Positions 26,286 to 35,779 of a DNA stretch of 64,000 bases are shown piece by piece (the first letter of the stretch is position 1; each line of letters begins with the position of its first letter). Source of the stretch: Bacteroidales bacterium (lineage in GTDB: Bacteria; Bacteroidota; Bacteroidia; Bacteroidales; P3); assembly GCA_017480525.1 (NCBI GenBank), contig JAFVAM010000003.1:3483-67482 (forward strand), read 5' to 3'. Under the pieces are notes generated by a model, which saw only the letters and a program-made list of their open reading frames with translations, made no database searches and had not been told where the DNA came from. The translations under genes and the position numbers were made by a program.

Positions 26286-26627
26286 TTAATATAAAGGTTT
26301 CATGCCCAACTCCCACAGCAGTCCGCAGGTCTTGAACATCGAATACTGGCTGCAGATGAGCACCATATCGTTGTCCTCTGCCAACTCAATCATATCTTCC
26401 GTGGGGCGCTTGTTGCGCACAAAGACGACGACCTCGAGGCTGGCCATGTCGCAGGTGCGGATGGTCTGCACGTTGCAGAGACCCGTGACCAGCACCGGGG
26501 TGTCTTTCAACGTCAGCACATCGCTCATCAAATCGGAAGCGAAAGCATGCTCCACTTCCATATCCATACGCTCTTCGCCGAGGGCCACCGTGGCCCCGAG
26601 TTTGGCTACTATGTCCTGTATAGTCAT
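26286..26627 (-). CDS. DRTGG domain-containing protein
   Basis: 113 aa starting at MTIQDIVAKLG. Contains the LVTG...QTIRTCD pattern typical of DRTGG proteins found next to hydrogenase regulators. The longer track ORF (to 26903) is probably over-extended. Confidence 0.7.
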   Translation of the reverse strand: MTIQDIVAKLGATVALGEERMDMEVEHAFASDLMSDVLTLKDTPVLVTGLCNVQTIRTCDMASLEVVVFVRNKRPTEDMIELAEDNDMVLICSQYSMFKTCGLLWELGMKPLY

Positions 26628-26665
26628 ATCTGCAAAAGTGTTGTTTATAGTGTATTTTGTGGGTG

Positions 26666-26673
26666 CAAATATA
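26666..26673 (-). promoter_or_regulatory. putative -7 promoter box (TATATTTG) for the DRTGG-HATPase-HydS-like operon
   Basis: TAnnTTTG match on the minus strand, 39 nt upstream of the ATG at 26627. Confidence 0.4.
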
Positions 26674-26793
26674 CATACTTTTTTCGACATGACCAAATAT
26701 TTTTTTCGTGGCAGCGCAGATTTGCCAAGAAGCATTGCGGTGTCGCGACAGCGCCCCAGCACCGTGGCACAATAAAATGTGGAAAGAGGCGTT

Positions 26794-27747
26794 ATGGATA
26801 GCAAAATGACAAATATCGGACACCTGAAAAAAGGCGACTGCGTGGCCCTGGCGGCACCGGCACGAGCCGTGAACCCGGAAGAGATGGCTCCAGCCATCGC
26901 CATGATGCAGTCGTGGGGACTTGAAGTGGTGATCCCCGACGGCCTCTACCAGCGCGAAGGACAGCTGGCAGGCAGCGACAGCCACCGTGCAGCATTGATG
27001 CAAGGTCTTTTGGACAACCCTGACATCAAGGCCATCATCTGCTGCCGTGGCGGATACGGCACGGTGCGCATCGTCGACAGGCTCGATTTCAGCCGCTTTG
27101 CGCAACACCCCAAATGGATTGTCGGATACAGCGACATCACCGTGCTGCACAGCCACATCCACCGCGTCCTCGGTCTCCCCACGCTCCACGCCACAATGCC
27201 CATCAATTTCCCCGCCGACCTCCACCCCACCCTGGCCACCGAAAGCCTGCGTCGAGCCCTCTTTGAAGAACAGATGGACATCGAATGGCAGCAACCCGAA
27301 GACGAAGAGTGCACCGCGGGATTGCCGAGCGACAGAGACTATTGCCTCCGCAATGTCGAGATAGTAGGAGGCAACCTTTCCATCCTCTACAGCCTGATGG
27401 GTTCGCATTCGCAGATAGACACCCGGGGCAAGGTCCTTCTCGTCGAGGACCTCGACGAATACCTCTACCATATCGACCGTATGATGCAGACTCTCAAGCG
27501 TTCCGGCATGCTCGACAGCCTGGAGGCACTGCTCGTGGGCGGCATGAGCGACATGCACGACAACGCCACACCCTTTGGCCGCACGGCAGAACAAATTGTG
27601 CGCGAGGCTGTGGAGGACCGACCCTACCCAGTGATATTCGGAGCACCTTTCGGACACCTGGGCGACAACAACTTAGCCCTCCCATTGGGAACAAAATGCA
27701 CGCTGGAAGTCTCCATTTCAAAAAAATGTCGTATCTTTGCACCCTGA
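26794..27747 (+). CDS. ldcA: LD-carboxypeptidase (peptidase S66, LdcA-like)
   Basis: LKKGDCVALAAPA..., CCRGGYG, and GYSDITVLH (the Ser nucleophile context). The start is uncertain: GTG at 26779, ATG at 26794 or ATG at 26806. Confidence 0.8.
   Translation: MDSKMTNIGHLKKGDCVALAAPARAVNPEEMAPAIAMMQSWGLEVVIPDGLYQREGQLAGSDSHRAALMQGLLDNPDIKAIICCRGGYGTVRIVDRLDFSRFAQHPKWIVGYSDITVLHSHIHRVLGLPTLHATMPINFPADLHPTLATESLRRALFEEQMDIEWQQPEDEECTAGLPSDRDYCLRNVEIVGGNLSILYSLMGSHSQIDTRGKVLLVEDLDEYLYHIDRMMQTLKRSGMLDSLEALLVGGMSDMHDNATPFGRTAEQIVREAVEDRPYPVIFGAPFGHLGDNNLALPLGTKCTLEVSISKKCRIFAP
27732..27739 (+). promoter_or_regulatory. putative -7 promoter box (TATCTTTG) embedded in the 3-prime end of ldcA
   Basis: TAnnTTTG match ending 8 nt before the ATG at 27748. 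Confidence 0.3.
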
Positions 27748-29076
27748 ATGCTGCTGATACATGTACCAAAACTCACTAACCGGCTGGGCTACACGCTGAA
27801 AGTGATTTTCAGCCACCTGCTCAAAGCCGAATACAGCATCACCACCGACGAGAAAGTCTTTCTCGCCCATGGCGACGCAAAATTGAGTTATGGACACAAG
27901 CGGCTGGGCGACAGCGTATTCATCAAGAGCCACACCCTGCTTTTCGAGACCACCATCGAGGATCAGGAACCCCACGCCGAATGCCACGACGGCCAATGGA
28001 TACTCTTCCCCTCCTACGGACGCGACCTTGACTTCCGCTTCGACCCTTTGGCAGCGACCTTCTTCATGGTGACGCGCTACGAGGAATATCTGCCCCACCG
28101 CACCGACGAACACGGCCGCTTCCGCGCTGACGACAGTTTGGCCTACCAGGCCGGCTTCCTCGACCAGCCCGTGGTGGACCAGTGGGCGCAGATGATCGGG
28201 CGTGAGTTGGAGAAGCACTTCCCTGGATTCACGCTGCCGCAGAGAGGCTTCCGCTTCGTGCAGACCGTGGATGTCGACGCCGCATGGTGCTACCTCCACA
28301 AAGGCCTCTTCCGCACAGTGGTGGGAATCCTGCGCGACCTCCTGACGCACCGCCAGCCGGAAAAGGTGTGGCGCCGCCTCAAGGTGCTGACACACAAGGA
28401 ACCCGACCCATACGACACCTTCGACTACATCATCGACCTCCACCGCCGACACCCCGACACCTACCTGATTTTCTTCATTCTGCTGGCCGACTACAGCCTC
28501 TACGACAAGCCGGCATCATACCTCAACGCCCACTTGCGAGAGCTGGTGAAGCATCTGTCCGACCATGCCAAGATGGGCATCCATCCTGGCTACAACTCAC
28601 TGGAGAAGCCCCAGCAATCCGACATGGAAATCAAACGCTTGGAGGACATCATCCACCGCACCATCGTCAGGGCGCGCTTCCATTTCCTGCGGCTGCAACT
28701 CCCCCGCTCCTACCGCATTCTCCAACATGCAGGCATCCGCCACGACTACACTATGGGCTTCGCCGAAGCCGTGGGCTTCCGCGCCGGCATCAGCGAACCC
28801 TACCCTTTCTATGACCTCGAACGCGACATGGAAATGGAACTGACGATACACCCCTTCTGCGTGATGGACACCACACTGAAAAACTACCTCGGCCTCACGC
28901 CGGAAAAGGGCCTCGAGCAATGCATGAAACTGGTGGACACAATGGAAGCCGTTGGTGGCACCTACTGCTGCATAGTCCACAACCAGAACCTCTCGGAGCA
29001 AGACGGATGGGGCGGATGGCGCGAGAGTTATGAGAAAATGATTGAATACGCAGGGAACAAACAGGTTACGACATGA
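27748..29076 (+). CDS. conserved hypothetical protein (polysaccharide-deacetylase-like; assignment tentative)
   Basis: 442 aa with coherent composition. The N-terminus MLLIHVPKLTNRLGYTLKVIF resembles a Bacteroidota-conserved family often found next to kdsC (from memory). Its stop overlaps the kdsC start (ATGA). Confidence 0.6.
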   Translation: MLLIHVPKLTNRLGYTLKVIFSHLLKAEYSITTDEKVFLAHGDAKLSYGHKRLGDSVFIKSHTLLFETTIEDQEPHAECHDGQWILFPSYGRDLDFRFDPLAATFFMVTRYEEYLPHRTDEHGRFRADDSLAYQAGFLDQPVVDQWAQMIGRELEKHFPGFTLPQRGFRFVQTVDVDAAWCYLHKGLFRTVVGILRDLLTHRQPEKVWRRLKVLTHKEPDPYDTFDYIIDLHRRHPDTYLIFFILLADYSLYDKPASYLNAHLRELVKHLSDHAKMGIHPGYNSLEKPQQSDMEIKRLEDIIHRTIVRARFHFLRLQLPRSYRILQHAGIRHDYTMGFAEAVGFRAGISEPYPFYDLERDMEMELTIHPFCVMDTTLKNYLGLTPEKGLEQCMKLVDTMEAVGGTYCCIVHNQNLSEQDGWGGWRESYEKMIEYAGNKQVTT

Positions 29077-29594
29077 TAAACTACAAAGAAAAACTGCAGC
29101 CCGTCAAGGCCTTCGTCTTCGACTTCGACGGCGTCATGACCAACGGCGACGTGTGGGTCTTCGGCGACGGTGAGACCGTACGCTGTGGAAACATAAAAGA
29201 CGGATTTGCTGTGCAGTATGCGGTGAAGAAAGGCTACATCGTGGCCCTCATCTCCGGCGCCACGTCGAAAAGCATCGACAACCGCATGAAAATGTTGGGC
29301 GTGGAACAGGTCTACACAGGTTGCGCCGACAAAATAAAGACCTACGACGAATTCCTGAAAAACAACGATCTGACCGACGAACAGGTACTCTGCATGGGCG
29401 ACGACCTGCCCGACTATCCCATGATGAAACGCGTCGGCGTGTCGGCCTGTCCTGCCGACGCCGCAGTGGAAATCAAGGAGATAGCCGATTACATATCGCT
29501 CTATCCCGGCGGGAAAGGATGTGTGCGCGATGTCATCGAACAGGTGCTACGGCTGCACGGCAATTGGTTCCACCCAGACGCCGTTGTATGGTAG
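29073..29594 (+). CDS. kdsC: 3-deoxy-D-manno-octulosonate 8-phosphate phosphatase (HAD-IIIA)
   Basis: FVFDFDGVMTNG (DxD motif), GDDLPDYPMM, and a length of 173 aa are all typical of KdsC. Confidence 0.85.
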   Translation: MINYKEKLQPVKAFVFDFDGVMTNGDVWVFGDGETVRCGNIKDGFAVQYAVKKGYIVALISGATSKSIDNRMKMLGVEQVYTGCADKIKTYDEFLKNNDLTDEQVLCMGDDLPDYPMMKRVGVSACPADAAVEIKEIADYISLYPGGKGCVRDVIEQVLRLHGNWFHPDAVVW

Positions 29595-30430
29595 TGCGCA
29601 AGTCCATAGCCATCCTCGTAGTGCTGACAGCCGTGGCCACAAGGCTGCCGGCACAGACTTTCGACACCGGCGACACCACCACGGAATACAACCACAAGGG
29701 GACATTCTACCACAACAAATTCGAGGGACGCAAGACCGCCAGCGGCGAGGTGTTCGACCAGAACCTCTTCACCGCCGCCCACTGGAAAATCAAACTGGGT
29801 ACGTATGTACTTGTAACCAACCGCAATACAGGACTACAGGTAATTGTAAAAATCAACGACCGCTGCCCCAAACACGGAGTGCTCGACATGTCGCGACGCG
29901 CCGCGCACGCTATCGGCATCCGCGGCAGCCAGCCCGTGTCGCTCCGCATCCTTCCTCCAGGCTACGAGGTGACCTGCACTCGCCAGGACGAGAAGTTCGA
30001 CTCTGTGCCATCACGCTTCGCTTCGGGCGAATATGCACTCAGCAACAGCAAGAATTGGCAGAACCATATAGCCTCGGCGCCGACGAAAGACATCAAGGAA
30101 AACGCCGCCACACAGGCGGGAAAAACAACGACGGCCACATCGACGGAGAAAAAACAAGCCCCCATGCCGGCAAAGAAGACAGCCACGACTGCAACACAAC
30201 CCGAACCGCGCTTCAACCTGCTCATTGGCAACGCCCGGAGCCACGGCAATGCCTTCGAAATGATCGAGCGGCTGCCCGATCCCTACAAGGACAAAGCCGT
30301 CGTCGACCCCTCCGACGACAGCACCCTTACCGTCATCCTCGAAGTGAAACTGCCTGAAAAGAAAGCCATGGAACTCACCCGCGCGCTGAAACACACCTTC
30401 AAGGACTGCCACCTCGCCCCGGCAGAGTGA
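29588..30430 (+). CDS. RlpA-like double-psi beta-barrel (septal ring lytic transglycosylase family) protein with a long linker and a C-terminal SPOR-like region
   Basis: Signal peptide VRKSIAILVVLTAVATRLPAQ. DPBB core GTFYHNKFEGRKTASGEVFD...VIVKINDRCP. The ATG at 29588 overlaps the kdsC stop. Confidence 0.75.
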   Translation: MVVRKSIAILVVLTAVATRLPAQTFDTGDTTTEYNHKGTFYHNKFEGRKTASGEVFDQNLFTAAHWKIKLGTYVLVTNRNTGLQVIVKINDRCPKHGVLDMSRRAAHAIGIRGSQPVSLRILPPGYEVTCTRQDEKFDSVPSRFASGEYALSNSKNWQNHIASAPTKDIKENAATQAGKTTTATSTEKKQAPMPAKKTATTATQPEPRFNLLIGNARSHGNAFEMIERLPDPYKDKAVVDPSDDSTLTVILEVKLPEKKAMELTRALKHTFKDCHLAPAE

Positions 30431-30505
30431 GTACACTCTCTCCCGTACCACAAAACGAAAATTGAAAAAAAAAGATTTTTTTTGCAATAATTAAATAATT
30501 ATTAT

Positions 30506-30513
30506 TATCTTTG
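30506..30513 (+). promoter_or_regulatory. putative -7 promoter box (TATCTTTG) for the porP-porKLMN operon
   Basis: TAnnTTTG match 78 nt upstream of the GTG at 30591. Confidence 0.4.
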
Positions 30514-30590
30514 CACAATCAATTCCAAACCTGACAAGAAGGCGAAAAATTGACGAAAAAAGTACTTAAAACGATAAAAATCAAGCCGTT

Positions 30591-31634
30591 GTGGCAACAC
30601 TAAATAAACAGAAAAGCGAACATTGGGCATCCAAAATAGCGTCATTTTTGGTTACGATGATGCTATTTTCCTCCATTTGCACTGCGCAAAACGAGGGTCA
30701 GTACACGCATTTCATGTTCAATCGCCTCAGCTACAACCCTGCCTATGCCGGTAGTTCGGGAGCCATTTCCTTCACCCTCCTCTACAACAACCAGTGGCTC
30801 GGCCTCGACCTTCAGGCCCCCATCCCCGGTGTCAAGCCCGGAACCACACCCGTCAACTACCTCTTCTCCTTCGACATGCCTATCAACTGGCTGCACGGCG
30901 GAGTCGGTGTTCTCTTCAACTCCCAGTCGTTAGGCTACCACAACAACAACACCGTCAACCTCGACTACGCCTTCCGCATCTATTGGGGCCCCGGCAACCT
31001 GGCCGGTGCCATCGAGGCCAACCTCTACAGTTTCGGCTTCAACACCGCCAACCTCTATGGCTGCGACGACCTCACGGGCAACATCTACAGCCCTGTTTCT
31101 CAAGCTGGAGACCCCTCGGTGAACGGCAAAGACCTCTCCGATTTCATGGTCGACTTCTCCACGGGTCTCTACTACCAGGTACCCGGCGAGTGGTATGTGA
31201 GCCTCTCGGTGAAAAACCTCCTCGGTTCGCACAGCGACAAACTCAACTGGCAAAACGCCCGCACCGCTTACCTCATGGGAGGATACGAATACACCTTCAC
31301 CTATAACCCATCCTTCAAACTCAAACCCTCGGCACTCATCAAAGCCGCAAGCCTCTCGGTCTACCAAGCCGAGGCTGCGCTCATCCTCGACTACGAGAAC
31401 GCCTTCTGGGGAGGTCTGGGCTATCGTCTCCGCGATGCCTTCACCTTCATGGCCGGTGTGAACTGGAAATGGCTGCGCATCGGCGCCGCCTACGACCTGA
31501 CGACCTCCAAACTCGGCACCATGAAATCGGGCCGCAGCTTCGGCACCTTCGAACTCTTCGTCAACGGCAGCTTCCGCATCGACAAACCGAAACACAACCC
31601 CACCGTGTCCAACAACACACGCCGCATCCGCTGA
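30591..31634 (+). CDS. porP: T9SS membrane protein PorP/SprF
   Basis: QYTHFMFNRLSYNPAYAG and the following beta-barrel-like sequence are typical of PorP/SprF. It sits immediately upstream of porK, as in the known porPKLMN operon. The GTG start comes from the track; an ATG at 30657 is an alternative. Confidence 0.8.
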   Translation: MATLNKQKSEHWASKIASFLVTMMLFSSICTAQNEGQYTHFMFNRLSYNPAYAGSSGAISFTLLYNNQWLGLDLQAPIPGVKPGTTPVNYLFSFDMPINWLHGGVGVLFNSQSLGYHNNNTVNLDYAFRIYWGPGNLAGAIEANLYSFGFNTANLYGCDDLTGNIYSPVSQAGDPSVNGKDLSDFMVDFSTGLYYQVPGEWYVSLSVKNLLGSHSDKLNWQNARTAYLMGGYEYTFTYNPSFKLKPSALIKAASLSVYQAEAALILDYENAFWGGLGYRLRDAFTFMAGVNWKWLRIGAAYDLTTSKLGTMKSGRSFGTFELFVNGSFRIDKPKHNPTVSNNTRRIR

Positions 31635-31724
31635 CGCAATATAATATAAATATGTATTTCATATATAAATGAAACTTTTTTGAAAAAAAAACGTTTAAGT
31701 ATAAAATAAAAAAATGACCATAAT

Positions 31725-33086
31725 ATGAAGAAGTTGCTTTTCATCATCGCCGCATCGACAGCTCTGATATGGAGCTGCAAATCCTCCAACAACGGAGAAC
31801 TTGTGGGAGTCAACGACCGACCCTACTTTGAGGACATCGACCTCAAAGGCATGGTATTCATCAACCAGGGCAACTACACTATGGGTGCCGGCGTGCAGAA
31901 CGCCACCTACGGCACACCTCCCCAGCCGCGCAAAATGCAGATCGGGTCATTCTTCATGGACGAGACCGAGATTACCAACAACGAATATCGCCAGTTCGTT
32001 GCCGCCGTCCGCGATTCCGTCGCCCGCCGTATCCTCGGCGAGGCCGGTGCCGACAACTTCCTCATCGAAGAGGACGAGTATGGCGAGCCACTCGACCCCC
32101 CCACGCTCAACTACAAGACGAAAATCAACTATTCCGACCCCGAGATACGCCAGTACCTCATCGACGGAGGGTTCTACATCATAGACATCTATCACCGCCG
32201 CGCCCTCGACGTATCGAAGATGAACTATGAATACTACTATATCGACTACACACAGGCTGCCGAGAAAGAAAACGGCGTCAGCACCAAAAGCGAATTCCGC
32301 GGCACCTCCTTCGCCGTGCGCCCCAAAGGACTGAACAACCGCAACTCTCAGATCCAGCGCGAATACATCAACATCTACCCCGACACCCTCTGCTGGGTCC
32401 ACGACTATGCCTACAGCATGAACGAAGACTACACCCGCAGTTACTTCTCCTCGCCGGCCTACGACAACTATCCCGTCGTAGGTGTCAGCTGGCGTCAGGC
32501 CCAGGCCTTCTGCGTATGGCGTTCCAACATGCTCAACAACTACCTCCAGAGCATCAACTATTCGCAGCTCAACGACTTCCGTCTACCGACGGAGAGCGAG
32601 TGGGAGTTTGCCGCCCGTGGAGGCATCCAGGCCCAAAGCTATCCCTGGGGTGGTCCCTACGTGCGCAACCCCAACGGCTGCTTCCTCGCCAACTACGAGC
32701 CTCTTAAAGGCGCCTATGACGACGATGGCGGCGTGAAGACCCTCATGGTCGGACACTACGCCCCCAACGACTACGGCCTCTACGACATGGCCGGCAATGT
32801 CAGCGAGTGGTGCCTCGACGCCTTCAACGAGACCACCTACATCGTAGCCAACGCCGTGACGCCCTACTACAACTACACCCCCAAGGACGACGAGCCTCTC
32901 ACCAGAAAACGCAAAGTGGTCCGTGGTGGCAGTTGGAAAGACCAGAAATACTTCATCCAAGTCCAGACCCGCGACTTCGAGTTCATGGACACCGCCAAGT
33001 GCTACATCGGCTTCCGCTGCGTGCAGCCCTACCTCGGCCGTGTCAAGGGCGACAACCTCCGCACCGCCTCCAACGTCGCTCGCTAA
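31725..33086 (+). CDS. porK: T9SS lipoprotein PorK/GldK (FGE-sulfatase fold)
   Basis: Lipoprotein signal MKKLLFIIAASTALIWSCK. SUMF1/FGE-type motifs (RLPTESEWEFAARGG, RGGSW). Confidence 0.9.
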   Translation: MKKLLFIIAASTALIWSCKSSNNGELVGVNDRPYFEDIDLKGMVFINQGNYTMGAGVQNATYGTPPQPRKMQIGSFFMDETEITNNEYRQFVAAVRDSVARRILGEAGADNFLIEEDEYGEPLDPPTLNYKTKINYSDPEIRQYLIDGGFYIIDIYHRRALDVSKMNYEYYYIDYTQAAEKENGVSTKSEFRGTSFAVRPKGLNNRNSQIQREYINIYPDTLCWVHDYAYSMNEDYTRSYFSSPAYDNYPVVGVSWRQAQAFCVWRSNMLNNYLQSINYSQLNDFRLPTESEWEFAARGGIQAQSYPWGGPYVRNPNGCFLANYEPLKGAYDDDGGVKTLMVGHYAPNDYGLYDMAGNVSEWCLDAFNETTYIVANAVTPYYNYTPKDDEPLTRKRKVVRGGSWKDQKYFIQVQTRDFEFMDTAKCYIGFRCVQPYLGRVKGDNLRTASNVAR

Positions 33087-33166
33087 ACCTTGGACCAACA
33101 CAAGCACAATCAGAAAAAAAAGTAACACATTAACAAATAAGCAACCCACAAAAACAAATTCAAATT

Positions 33167-34051
33167 ATGAGCTTCATCAACAATCTCGTTCGCAGTAAAG
33201 GCTACAAAACCTTCATGGGCTACCTCTATGGCTGGGGCGCAGCCGTCGTTATCATCGGAGCACTGTTCAAAATCAACCACTGGCCGGGCGCAGGCCCCAT
33301 GCTTATCGCAGGTATGGGTACCGAGGCCGTCATCTTCTTCCTCTCGGCCTTCGAGCCGCCTCACAAGGAGTGGGACTGGAGCCTCGTCTATCCCGAGCTG
33401 GCCGGCATGGTCGACGACAGTGCCCTCTCTGGCGAAGAGGTGGAATATGACGAGAATGGCAACCCCATTGAGAAAACCGTCGATGTCCCCGCCCCTGTCA
33501 GCAAAGACCCGCTCAGCGCCAAACTGGACAAGATGCTCGAAGATGCCAATATCTCCCCCGAACTCATCGACCGCCTGGGGCAGGGCATGAGCAACCTGGC
33601 CAACAGCGCCAACTCCATGAACAATATGGCCACCGCCACCGCCGCCACCGACAAGTTCGTATCCAATATGGACAACGTCGCCAACCAGGCCGGCCGACTG
33701 CTCGAGAGCATGCAGGGCGCCCCCGAGGCCATCTCCACCCTCTCCACCATCTACCAGGAAACCGCCCAGTCGCTCAACGGAGAGGTCTCCTATGTCGAGG
33801 AGATGAAGAAGATGTCCGCCAGCCTCAGCAGCATCAACGCCATGTACGAGATGCAGATCAACAACGCCTCCACACAGATGAGCCTCAACAAAGAATTCGA
33901 GGAGAAAATGAGCTCCATGCTCTCCAACTTCACCGATTCTGCCGAGGGCATCAAGAAGTACAAAGAGCAGGTCGACGCTCTCACCCGCAAGGTCTCCGAA
34001 CTCAACAATGTCTACGGCAACATGCTCGCCGCCATGCAGACCCGTATTTAA
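33167..34051 (+). CDS. porL: T9SS/gliding motor protein PorL/GldL
   Basis: Two N-terminal TM helices with the conserved pattern GWGAAVVIIGALFKINHWPG...GMGTEAVIFFLSAFEP. Confidence 0.85.
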   Translation: MSFINNLVRSKGYKTFMGYLYGWGAAVVIIGALFKINHWPGAGPMLIAGMGTEAVIFFLSAFEPPHKEWDWSLVYPELAGMVDDSALSGEEVEYDENGNPIEKTVDVPAPVSKDPLSAKLDKMLEDANISPELIDRLGQGMSNLANSANSMNNMATATAATDKFVSNMDNVANQAGRLLESMQGAPEAISTLSTIYQETAQSLNGEVSYVEEMKKMSASLSSINAMYEMQINNASTQMSLNKEFEEKMSSMLSNFTDSAEGIKKYKEQVDALTRKVSELNNVYGNMLAAMQTRI

Positions 34052-34104
34052 ACTGAACCCATACTCTCTTATTAACCAATACGTAAACTAAAAAGGAATA
34101 GACA

Positions 34105-35772
34105 ATGGGTGCAACAAACTGTCCGGAAACACCGCGACAAAAGATGATTACAATGATGTACCTCGTGTACACCGCCATGCTGGCACTGAACGTCTCGGCC
34201 GAAGTGGTCGAAGGCTTCCGCTCTGTCGGCACAGCAATGACCAACGCCAACATCAACCTGCAAGAAAAACTGGATGACACCTATTCCAACTTCGACGCGG
34301 CCCTCCAAAACAGCCGCGACAAAGTGCAGAACAGTTACGACAAAGCCCAGAAGGTGCGCCAGATTTCCAACGAACTGAAACAATACCTCGACAGCCTTGA
34401 ATGCGAGTTCATCGGCAAGGTCAGCATGGCCGAGGCCAAAATCCACACCGACCCCGAGAACCCCGAAACCGTCGTCATCATCAACCTGAAGAACCCCGAC
34501 GGCACCACCAACCTCGACAGTGTCCGCCGTGCCCTCCAGCTGGGCGGCTTCGCCTGGATGGAAAAAGGCCTCGACGACACACACGAAGCTCCGAAATTCT
34601 TCCTCGATGGTGCCACCGAGAACGGCACAGGCCAAGCCTACGACCTCCACAAGAAAATCTCCGAATACGTCACCAACGTCAAAGAAATTCTCGGCGAAGA
34701 CTCCACGAAAGTCAAATTCCCCTTTGATGTCGACAAAATCTTCCTCGACAAGGAAGGCAAACCCTGCTCCTGGGAGGTGAAAAACTTCGACGAAGTCGTC
34801 GCCGGTGCCGGCCTGGTCACCCTGACCCGCATGAAAGCAGAGACCATGAACGCCGAATTCGACGCTGTCAACATGCTCTACAAGCAGGTCAGCAAGGGCG
34901 ATAAGACCTTCAGCGACGTGGCCATGATTTCCCGTCCCCGTTCCACCTACATCCTTCAGGGCGGCACCTACGAGACCAAAATCAACGTGGCAGCCTACGA
35001 CTCCAAGCAGACCTTCCGCGCCGTCATCAACGGGCAGAACCTCATCAGCGGCGACAGTGGCACCGTGGTCTACCGCACCACCTGCAACACCCTCGGTCCT
35101 CAGCGCATCACGGGTACCGCCTATGTCACCTCTCCTGACGGTGGCGAGGAGCAATACCCCATCAACGACGTCTACTTCGTCGCCAAGCCCGCCGGCGTTG
35201 TCCGTCTCGACGGCATGCAGGTCGTCTATGCCGGCCTTGAGAACCCCATCACCGTCTCGGCAGCCGGTATCGACAACCGCAACCTCAAACCCGTCATCGA
35301 AGGCGGTCAGTACAAGCTGAACAAAGGCACCGAAGAGGGTTCCTACGTCCTCATTCCTGCCGCAGGCTCCAAAAAACTCTCCATCCACGTCGATGCCACC
35401 ATCGATGGCAAAACCACACGCGTGGGTTCGCAGACCGTCTTCGTGAAAGACATCCCCGCACCTGTCGTCAAAGTGGCCGGCGTCGAGAGCGGCGGACGTA
35501 TCGCCAAAAAAGACATTTCGGCCAGTACCGTTGTTATCGCCACCAAGAGCAAAGACTTCAACCTGAAGATCGACAACCGCATGATTCGCATCGTCAAGAT
35601 GACTGTCGGCATCGGCTCCCGCGAAGAAACTGTCAATGGTGCACGCTTCAACGAATCCATCGCATCCATGGTCAAGAAAGCCGTCAAAGGCGACAAACTC
35701 GTCATCCTGGCCGAAGTCATGATGCCCGACGGAAAGGCACAGACTGTCACCTACACCGCAACATTAAAATAA
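34105..35772 (+). CDS. porM: T9SS/gliding motor protein PorM/GldM
   Basis: N-terminal PRQKMITMMYLVYTAMLALNVS signature and a long periplasmic region. 555 aa. Confidence 0.85.
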   Translation: MGATNCPETPRQKMITMMYLVYTAMLALNVSAEVVEGFRSVGTAMTNANINLQEKLDDTYSNFDAALQNSRDKVQNSYDKAQKVRQISNELKQYLDSLECEFIGKVSMAEAKIHTDPENPETVVIINLKNPDGTTNLDSVRRALQLGGFAWMEKGLDDTHEAPKFFLDGATENGTGQAYDLHKKISEYVTNVKEILGEDSTKVKFPFDVDKIFLDKEGKPCSWEVKNFDEVVAGAGLVTLTRMKAETMNAEFDAVNMLYKQVSKGDKTFSDVAMISRPRSTYILQGGTYETKINVAAYDSKQTFRAVINGQNLISGDSGTVVYRTTCNTLGPQRITGTAYVTSPDGGEEQYPINDVYFVAKPAGVVRLDGMQVVYAGLENPITVSAAGIDNRNLKPVIEGGQYKLNKGTEEGSYVLIPAAGSKKLSIHVDATIDGKTTRVGSQTVFVKDIPAPVVKVAGVESGGRIAKKDISASTVVIATKSKDFNLKIDNRMIRIVKMTVGIGSREETVNGARFNESIASMVKKAVKGDKLVILAEVMMPDGKAQTVTYTATLK

Positions 35773-35779
35773 AAAAGAT

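Noticed and set aside
26386-27657. 423-aa minus-strand ORF opposite ldcA, and 27718..28452 (minus strand) opposite the next gene.
   Set aside because: Both are antisense to ORFs with clear family motifs or coherent composition. They have no motifs of their own and show GC-driven open frames.
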